Source: an uncultured Candidatus Rokubacteria bacterium | GTDB lineage: Bacteria > Methylomirabilota > Methylomirabilia > Rokubacteriales > DASRDR01 | Direction of reading: 5' to 3' | Assembly (NCBI GenBank): GCA_963708025.1 | Contig: CAVPSB010000018.1 | Coordinates: forward strand, 512,001 to 576,000 | DNA length: 64,000 bases | Shown: positions 50,414-64,000 of the stretch, piece by piece | Layout: each line of letters begins with the position of its first letter | How positions within the stretch are numbered: the stretch's first letter is position 1 | Program-made: the position numbers and the translations under genes | Notes under the pieces: model-generated | Told to the model about the DNA's origin: nothing | The model's database searches: none | The model's input: the letters and a program-made list of their open reading frames with translations, nothing else

Positions 50414-51730
50414 ATGTCCGATCGCCTCTGGGAGCGCTTTCTCTCCGCCTTGGAGGGTCGGCTCCCCCCACAGGCCCTCGATACCTGGATCCGGCCGGGT
50501 CGGCTCCTGGCTCATCGGGACACCCATCTGGAGATCGGGGTTCCCAGCAAGTTCCTCCGCAGCTACATCGTCGATCACTACCTCCCGGACCTCCAGGCCG
50601 CCGCCGAGACCTGCCTCGGGCCCCGTGCCCACGTGACCGTCAGCCTCGACCGAGCCGCGGTGGGGTCCCCGGGCACTCCGCCCGCGCCCCCGGCGCCAGC
50701 GCCGGTGCCGGCCGAGCTGGACGGTCGGTACACCTTCGACACCTTCGTGGTCGGCTCCTCCAACCAGTTCGCCCAGGCCGCCTGCCTCGCCGTCGCCGAG
50801 CTGCCCTCCCGGGCCTACAACCCCCTCTTCATCTACGGCGGCGTCGGCCTCGGCAAGACCCATCTCCTCCACGCGATCGGCCACCAGATCCGCCAGACCC
50901 ATTCCCAGCTCCGCGTCGAGTACCTGTCCACGGAGAAGTTCACCAACGAGCTGATCGGGGCCATCCGCTACGACAAGACGCCCGACTTCCGCCATCGCTA
51001 CCGGACGATCGATCTCCTCCTGATCGACGACATCCAGTTCATCTCCGGCAAGGAGCGGACCCAGGAGGAGCTGTTCCACACCTTCAACGACCTCTACGAG
51101 TCGCATCGCCAGATCGTCATCTCGAGCGACCGCTCCCCGAAGGAGATCCCCGAGATCGAGGAGCGTCTCCGTTCCCGATTCGAGTGGGGCCTCATCGCCG
51201 ACATCCAGCCGCCCGATTTCGAGACGCGGGTCGCCATCCTCAAGAAGAAAGCCGAGCTGGACCGGGTGGCGCTCCCCGACGACCTCGCCTACTTCATCGC
51301 CAACAAGGTCAAGTCCAACATCCGCGAGCTGGAAGGATCCCTCGTCCGCATCCGCGCCTTCTGCAGCCTCACCGGCCGCGAGCTCGGCCTTGATCTCGCC
51401 CAGGAAGTGCTCGCCAACATCTGGGGAACCGAGGAACGCCTCATCACGATCGACGACATCCAGCGCCGCGTGAGCGAAGTCTTCGGCGTGAAGCCCCACG
51501 ATCTCCGCTCCAAGACGCGGACCAAAGCGGTGGCCTTCCCCCGGCAGGTCGCCATGTACCTCGCCCGCCAGCTCACCAGCGACTCCTTCGCCGACATCGG
51601 TCGGAGCTTCGGCGGCAAGGACCACACCACCGTCCTGCACGGCGTCCACAAGATCGAGGCCCTCATCCAGGAGGACCCCAAGTTCCGGAAGACCCTGGAC
51701 CACATCATCAACACAATCCGGATCGAGTGA
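50414..51730 (+). CDS. dnaA: Chromosomal replication initiator DnaA
   Basis: YTFDTFVVGSSN, YNPLFIYGGVGLGKTHL, IDDIQF, RELEG, GKDHTTVLH. Confidence 0.98.
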   Translation: MSDRLWERFLSALEGRLPPQALDTWIRPGRLLAHRDTHLEIGVPSKFLRSYIVDHYLPDLQAAAETCLGPRAHVTVSLDRAAVGSPGTPPAPPAPAPVPAELDGRYTFDTFVVGSSNQFAQAACLAVAELPSRAYNPLFIYGGVGLGKTHLLHAIGHQIRQTHSQLRVEYLSTEKFTNELIGAIRYDKTPDFRHRYRTIDLLLIDDIQFISGKERTQEELFHTFNDLYESHRQIVISSDRSPKEIPEIEERLRSRFEWGLIADIQPPDFETRVAILKKKAELDRVALPDDLAYFIANKVKSNIRELEGSLVRIRAFCSLTGRELGLDLAQEVLANIWGTEERLITIDDIQRRVSEVFGVKPHDLRSKTRTKAVAFPRQVAMYLARQLTSDSFADIGRSFGGKDHTTVLHGVHKIEALIQEDPKFRKTLDHIINTIRIE

Positions 51731-51853
51731 GGACTCGCGTGCATATCGTCCCCAGCGCATCGGATATCCCCCGTCTCTCCACCACCGTCGCGCTCAGTCC
51801 TCCCCGACCACCGAGCACCACCCTCGACGCCATCACCGGACGGATCCGCCCCG

Positions 51854-51906
51854 CCCTCCACATATCCACTGCCCCTACTACGACGACTACTGAGTTTTCT
51901 TTTCCT
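51854..51906 (+). promoter_or_regulatory. oriC unwinding element: tandem DnaA-box-like sites, GC cluster, DnaA-trios, T-rich tract
   Basis: CCCTCCACA/ATATCCACT-GCCCC-TACTACGACGACTAC-TGAGTTTTCTTTTCCT in the dnaA-dnaN spacer. Confidence 0.75.
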
Positions 51907-51926
51907 ACGGAGGAAGACTAACTCCT

Positions 51927-53018
51927 ATGGAGCTTCAAGTCGCCCGCGACCCGTTCCTGCGCGCGCTTCAGCTCGTCCAGAACATCGTCGAAACGCGCCA
52001 GACCTTGCCCATCCTCGCCAACGTCCTGATGGACGCCCAGGATGGCGGGCTCCACGTGGCCGCCACCGACCTCGAGGTCGGGGTACGGGTCGCGGTTCCG
52101 GCGACCATCGTGAGACCGGGAGCCGTCACGTTGGCCGCCCGGAAGCTCCACGAGCTGGTCCGGGAGCTGCCTGCCCAGCCCATCACCCTCAAGCTTCAGG
52201 AGAACGGCTGGGTGCAGCTCCTGTGCGGGGCGGCCTCGTTCCGGCTCGTGGGGCTCCCGGCCGAGGAGTATCCCCCGCTCGAGACCGGGGACGCCGAGGG
52301 CTGGGTAAGTGTCAACGGCGGGCGACTGCGGGCCTTGCTGGCGCGGACCGCCTACGCGATGTCCCAGGATGAGAGTCGGCCCTTTCTCAACGGCGTCTAC
52401 ATGCTGGTCCGGAAAGGGGAGCTGCGTCTGGTGGCGACCGACGGGCACCGTCTGGCGCTGGCCCGCCTGACGGTCGAGGCCGACGGCGAGATGGCGGGCA
52501 TCGTGCCACGAAAGGCCGTTGCGGAGATGGGCCGGGTGCTCGGCGGCAGCGAGGCGGCGTCGCTCGCGCTGCGGGAGAACCAGTTCCTGATCCGGACCCC
52601 CGGCTTCGTGCTCGTATCCAAGCTCGTAGAAGGGACGTTTCCCAGCTACGAGCAGGTCGTGCCGAAGGCGCACCCCCGCCGGCTGACCATCGAACGTGAG
52701 CTGCTGATCTCGGCGCTCCGGCGAGTGTCGGTCGTGGCCGACGACCGGACGCGGCCGATCCGCCTGACCGCCGCGCCCGGAGCCTTGCGACTCGCGGCGT
52801 CCAGTCAGGAACTGGGGGAGGCCGAGGAGGTGCTGCCGGCCGAGTTCGCGGGAGAGGAGCTGCCCATCGGGTTCAACACGCGCTACATCCTCGATGCGCT
52901 CGTTCCCATGGACGGCGAGCGGGTCGTGATCGAGTTGAAGGACTCACTGAGCCCGGGTGTGTTCAAGAGCGCCGCCGACGAGGATCACCTCTGTGTTATA
53001 ATGCCGATGCGTATTTGA
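51927..53018 (+). CDS. dnaN: DNA polymerase III beta clamp
   Basis: LPILANVL, ATDLE, ATDGHRLA, IGFNTRY, VIMPMRI. Confidence 0.97.
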   Translation: MELQVARDPFLRALQLVQNIVETRQTLPILANVLMDAQDGGLHVAATDLEVGVRVAVPATIVRPGAVTLAARKLHELVRELPAQPITLKLQENGWVQLLCGAASFRLVGLPAEEYPPLETGDAEGWVSVNGGRLRALLARTAYAMSQDESRPFLNGVYMLVRKGELRLVATDGHRLALARLTVEADGEMAGIVPRKAVAEMGRVLGGSEAASLALRENQFLIRTPGFVLVSKLVEGTFPSYEQVVPKAHPRRLTIERELLISALRRVSVVADDRTRPIRLTAAPGALRLAASSQELGEAEEVLPAEFAGEELPIGFNTRYILDALVPMDGERVVIELKDSLSPGVFKSAADEDHLCVIMPMRI

Positions 53019-53035
53019 GAGGAGGCCCATAGGGG

Positions 53036-56541
<3,506 letters not shown>

Positions 56542-56553
56542 CGGACGGTCCCG

Positions 56554-60268
<3,715 letters not shown>

Positions 60269-60296
60269 GCGTGGCGCGTGCGATAGTCGAAGCCCC

Positions 60297-60335
60297 GGAG
60301 GGGTGGCCGAGCGGTTGAAGGCGCCGGGCTTGAGA
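60297..60335 (+). tRNA. 5' half of tRNA-Ser(TGA), truncated at the anticodon loop
   Basis: GGAGGGGTGGCCGAGCGGTTGAAGGCGCCGGGCTTGAGA directly after serS; no T-arm or CCCCTCC acceptor strand downstream. Confidence 0.75.
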
Positions 60336-60466
60336 TGCGCTGCCCCGGTCCCGTCTTTTCAAGCACTTCCTGGGTCACGTCTGACGTGGTGCCGACTTCT
60401 CTACTGTCACACTCGAGGGCCGGTCCACCCCCGCGAAGCTGAGGGGAAGGACACATAGAAGGGCAC

Positions 60467-61657
60467 ATGGCCAGCCAGCAGCAGACAGCGGCGCTGGTGC
60501 TGAGTGGCCCGGTACACACGGCGCTCGGGGTCATCCGGGCCCTCGCCCGAAACGGCATACCGCAGTTCACCGTTGGGACGGGCACGAGCTATGTCTCGTA
60601 CTCTCGCTGGCACCGTCGACTGCCCAATCACGGTGGAGATGGTCCTACCCCCGAAACGCTAGCTCCGTTCCTGGAGCGCCTTCCCGTCGAACGGATGGTG
60701 CTCATACCATGCTCGGACGCGTGGGTCGCCGCCGTGGCCCGTCTCGAGCCGACTCTTGCCGCGCGGTTTCCGGCCAGCATCGCTCCGGCAGAGAGTCTCG
60801 ACATCTGCTTGGACAAGGGCCGCTTCGCCGACACGCTGGCACGCCTGGGGCTGCCGCACCCGCGGACGATCTCCATCTCAGCGCCCGGTGATGTTCGGAC
60901 GCTCTGGGACGGCACCCTCCGTGATCCGTTTCTCAAACCGCGGGATTCGCACGCCTTCCAGGCCTGCTATGGGGTCAAGGCCTTCCGGATCAGGACGCCG
61001 GCCGAGGCGATCTCGCGGGTTCGTGAGGCGCAGCAGGCCGGCGTCGAGATCCTGCTCCAGGAATACGTCCCCGGACCCGCGGACTCCCATTACTTCATCG
61101 ATGGCTTCGTGGATCGTGGAGGGTCGCTCTGCGCGCGGTTCGCTCGGCGTCGCGTCCGGACCTACCCCGAGCCTTTCGGTGACAGCTGCTGTATGGTGAC
61201 CATCTCGCTCGAGGAGGCGAGGGCGCCGCTGGGCATCCTGGATCGGTTGCTCCCGGCCCTCCGATATCGTGGCGTGTTCAACGCGCAGTTCAAGTACGAC
61301 GACCGGGACGGACTATTCAAGCTCCTCGAGATCAATCCGCGCCCGTGGGGTGGGGTCAGCCTCGCGGTCAGTTGCGGGGTCAACGTTATCAAGATGGCAT
61401 ACCAGGATGCCCTCGACCTCCCGGTGCAGCCGAACAGAAAATACCCCATCGGTCGCTACTGGGTCTACCCGTCGCGGGACCGCATCGTCTGCTGGCGACT
61501 CCTCCGGGAAGGCCGCTTGACTCCAGGGGCCTGGATCCGCACCTGGGCCGGAGCCGTGCAGCCGATCTTTTGCTGGGACGATCCTGCGCCCGCGATCGTC
61601 GCCTTTCTCCAGCGGGTGGGACGAGCAGTCCGGCGAAGGCTCAGGGTGTCGCGCTAA
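60467..61657 (+). CDS. ATP-grasp carboxylate-amine ligase (D-aspartate-ligase-like)
   Basis: LGVIRAL, PCSD, LDKGRF, FLKP, QEYVPG, FKYDDRDG..KLLEINPRPW. Confidence 0.85.
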   Translation: MASQQQTAALVLSGPVHTALGVIRALARNGIPQFTVGTGTSYVSYSRWHRRLPNHGGDGPTPETLAPFLERLPVERMVLIPCSDAWVAAVARLEPTLAARFPASIAPAESLDICLDKGRFADTLARLGLPHPRTISISAPGDVRTLWDGTLRDPFLKPRDSHAFQACYGVKAFRIRTPAEAISRVREAQQAGVEILLQEYVPGPADSHYFIDGFVDRGGSLCARFARRRVRTYPEPFGDSCCMVTISLEEARAPLGILDRLLPALRYRGVFNAQFKYDDRDGLFKLLEINPRPWGGVSLAVSCGVNVIKMAYQDALDLPVQPNRKYPIGRYWVYPSRDRIVCWRLLREGRLTPGAWIRTWAGAVQPIFCWDDPAPAIVAFLQRVGRAVRRRLRVSR

Positions 61658-61727
61658 CCAGGTCAGGGCGCGACGGGTATCAGGGTACCGGCACGCAGGG
61701 GATGAACGCCGGCATGTGCTGGCCTCC

Positions 61728-63227
61728 TCACGCGTGCTGAGCCGCCCGCCGCCGGCTCCAGAACCACCGGCCCACGGGTGTCATGATCACGACTCCAGTG
61801 ATACACACCAAGGCGGCGGAGATCGGCTTCTCCACGAAGATTGTGAGATCCGCCGCCGAAACCTGCAAGGACTGTAGGAACGACCGCTCGAGAATCCGCC
61901 CTAGAATCATGGCGAGCACCAGCGGCGCCGCGGGAAAGCCTCCCTTCCGGAGGAAGTAGCCGAAGACCCCGAAGACAATCATGACCGCGACATCGAAGGC
62001 CGCGTTGTTGATGCTGTACGCCCCTATGATGCAGATGACGACGATGACGGTCGCTAGGTAGTGGTAGGGGACGCGCAGGAGACGCACCCAGAAACCGATG
62101 AGTGGCAGGTTGAGCGCGAGAAGCATGAGGTTCCCGACATACATGGACGTGATGACGCCCCAGAACAGGCTCGGGTGCTGCTGGAAGAGGAGGGGCCCGG
62201 GCTGGATGCCATGCATCGTCAGGGCCACGAAGATCATGGCGATCGACGCATTGCCCGGAATCCCCAAGGTCAAGAGCGGGATGAACGACGAGGTGGACGC
62301 CGCGTTGTTGGCCGCCTCGGGGGCGGCGACCCCCTCGATGGCCCCCTGACCGAAGCGCGCCGGGTTCGCCGACACCCGCTTCTCGACGGCATAGGCGACC
62401 AACGAGCTGATGATGGCGCCTCCGCCGGGAAGCACTCCGATGAAGAAGCCGAGCCCCGTGCCGCGCAGGATCGCCCCCCAGCACCGCCGCCAGTCCTCCG
62501 GTGACGGCAGAAGCCCGCGGAGGGACGCCTTGTAGACCTCCCGGACGTCCGGAGCCTCCAGATTGATCAGCACCTCCGCGATGCCGAAGAGGCCCATACT
62601 CGCCACGACGAAGTCCAGGCCATCCATCAGGCGGGGGACGCCGAAGGTGAACCGTGCGGCTCCGAAGACCGGATCGATACCCACGGTCCCCAGCACGATC
62701 CCCAGTGCGACCATCAGGAGCCCTTTCACGATGGACCGCTCGGACAGGTACACCGCCATCATCAGGCCCAGCAGGACGAGCGACGCATACTCGGCGGGGC
62801 CGAACTGCAGGGCGAAGTTGGCGAGGCTCGGGGCGATCAAAGACATCGCGAGAACGCTGAGCGAGCCGCCGATGAACGAGCCTATGGCCGCCATGCCCAG
62901 CGCCGGGCCCGCCCGCCCCTGCCGGGCCAGCGCGTAGCCGTCCAGGCACGTCACGATCGACGCGGCCTCGCCCGGGATCTTCAGGAGAATCGACGTCGTC
63001 GAGCCCCCGTACATGGCTCCGTAGAAGATGCCGGCCAGCATGATGACCGCCGAGGTCGGATCCATCCGGTAGGTCGCCGGGAGGAGCAACGCGATCGTCG
63101 CCGGGGCGCCCAGCCCGGGCAACACCCCGATCGACGTCCCAATCGCCGCGCCGAGCAGCGCGTGGACGAGGTTCCAGGGGCTCAGGGCGACCCCGAACCC
63201 ATGGCTCAGGCCGGCCAGGGGGTCCAT
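61728..63227 (-). CDS. tctA: Tripartite tricarboxylate transporter large permease TctA
   Basis: GVLPGLG, YGGSTTSIL..PGE, APEAANNA, PLLTLGIPG. Confidence 0.94.
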   Translation of the reverse strand: MDPLAGLSHGFGVALSPWNLVHALLGAAIGTSIGVLPGLGAPATIALLLPATYRMDPTSAVIMLAGIFYGAMYGGSTTSILLKIPGEAASIVTCLDGYALARQGRAGPALGMAAIGSFIGGSLSVLAMSLIAPSLANFALQFGPAEYASLVLLGLMMAVYLSERSIVKGLLMVALGIVLGTVGIDPVFGAARFTFGVPRLMDGLDFVVASMGLFGIAEVLINLEAPDVREVYKASLRGLLPSPEDWRRCWGAILRGTGLGFFIGVLPGGGAIISSLVAYAVEKRVSANPARFGQGAIEGVAAPEAANNAASTSSFIPLLTLGIPGNASIAMIFVALTMHGIQPGPLLFQQHPSLFWGVITSMYVGNLMLLALNLPLIGFWVRLLRVPYHYLATVIVVICIIGAYSINNAAFDVAVMIVFGVFGYFLRKGGFPAAPLVLAMILGRILERSFLQSLQVSAADLTIFVEKPISAALVCITGVVIMTPVGRWFWSRRRAAQHA

Positions 63228-63236
63228 CCAGCGCCG

Positions 63237-63683
63237 TCAGCCCAGGAACTCCAGCACACCGACGGGGAGCTCTATGCCCAGAACGCGAGCGAACAGGACA
63301 TAGGTGCCCACGGACAGCCCCACACTGCTCACGCCCAGCACGCGCCACGACGTCACGCCCAATACCCTCAGGACGACGACTGCGATCGGAATGGTGGCGA
63401 GGACGTATCCTAGTGGGTCGAGGATCGCCACGTACACGCCCATCGCGACCACCAGGATCGCCGGCCGCCGCAGTTCGCCGAAGGCCTCGCACCCCGTGCT
63501 CCGCCCCAGCCATGCCTGGACCAGGAGGATCGACGACAACGCGAGGAGGGTGACACCGCCGAGCAACGGGAAGAAGCCCGGCTGAGGGCTCGTGAGCGTG
63601 CCGATGCGCAGCTTGAGCGACCCCCCCACGACGCCGATCCCTGCCAAGGCTCCGACGAGGCTTGCGATGATGTCGCCCTTCAT
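63237..63683 (-). CDS. tctB: Tripartite tricarboxylate transporter small permease TctB
   Basis: PQPGFFP motif, four TM segments, LGIELPVG. Confidence 0.88.
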   Translation of the reverse strand: MKGDIIASLVGALAGIGVVGGSLKLRIGTLTSPQPGFFPLLGGVTLLALSSILLVQAWLGRSTGCEAFGELRRPAILVVAMGVYVAILDPLGYVLATIPIAVVVLRVLGVTSWRVLGVSSVGLSVGTYVLFARVLGIELPVGVLEFLG

Positions 63684-63693
63684 CGGACCCTTT

Positions 63694-64000
63694 CTATCGC
63701 TTGAACATCTGTCCGAGCACCTTGAAGGTCTCGAACTCGACCCGCCAGTACTTCTCGAATTCGTCGGGTCCCAAATACTCGATCTGGTCCCCGAGCTGCC
63801 GGATCCCCTCGACCGCCCGGTCCGTCTCGAGCATCTTCTCGAACGCGAGGGCGATCTTCTCGATCACCGGCCGTGGCGTCGCTTTGGGAGCCATGACTCC
63901 CTTGAAGACGCTGAGCGTCTTGTCGTAGCCTTCCTCCGCTGCCGTGGGTACATCGGGCAAGTCCGGGTGCCGCCGGGGGCCCGACCACGCCAGTGCTCGC
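63694..64000 (-). CDS. tctC: Tripartite tricarboxylate transporter substrate-binding protein TctC/Bug (5' part outside window)
   Basis: LPDVPTAAEEGY...GVMAPKATP C-terminal motif; upstream of tctB and tctA. Confidence 0.85.
   Translation of the reverse strand, partial: RALAWSGPRRHPDLPDVPTAAEEGYDKTLSVFKGVMAPKATPRPVIEKIALAFEKMLETDRAVEGIRQLGDQIEYLGPDEFEKYWRVEFETFKVLGQMFKR

Noticed and set aside
60336..60466. Group I intron in the tRNA-Ser anticodon loop
   Set aside because: Only ~130 nt before the next CDS, no recognisable intron core and no 3' exon.

Overview
High-GC (roughly 70% by eye) bacterial chromosome segment containing the replication origin. The gene set and order suggest Candidatus Rokubacteria/Methylomirabilota or a similar lineage; this is an inference only. 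There are three zones. (1) 1-33.1 kb is accessory DNA. It holds an acyl-CoA/lipid catabolic cluster: three Liv-type binding proteins, a Liv ABC transporter, a crotonase, an ACAD10/11-like dehydrogenase plus APH-family kinase, WS/DGAT, GNAT, OYE, SDRs, two LLM oxidoreductases, a CocE hydrolase and a CoA ligase. Five of its promoters share an ACCGACCGGTCGGT-type operator, probably read by the resident TetR. Next comes a 5-kb graveyard of mobile and gene remnants (MITE-like element, rve transposase pieces, resolvase stub, FHA stub, truncated pstS) around a secreted-type patatin with a large inserted domain. The zone ends at a 3'-half tRNA-Leu(CAG) att site. (2) 33.2-60.3 kb is core DNA: mhpD-like, FAH, ubiX, two DUF507 genes, atpFHAGDC, mnmA, parAB with parS, rsmG, yidC-yidD-rnpA-rpmH, a bipartite oriC with DnaA boxes and DnaA-trios, then dnaA-dnaN-recF-gyrB-gyrA-serS. 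mnmE, mnmG and jag are absent from their usual place. (3) Beyond 60.3 kb, a tRNA-Ser(TGA) is broken at its anticodon loop and is followed by an ATP-grasp gene and tctABC, which suggests a second island. Scattered single-indel frameshifts, including one in mnmA, look like long-read consensus errors.
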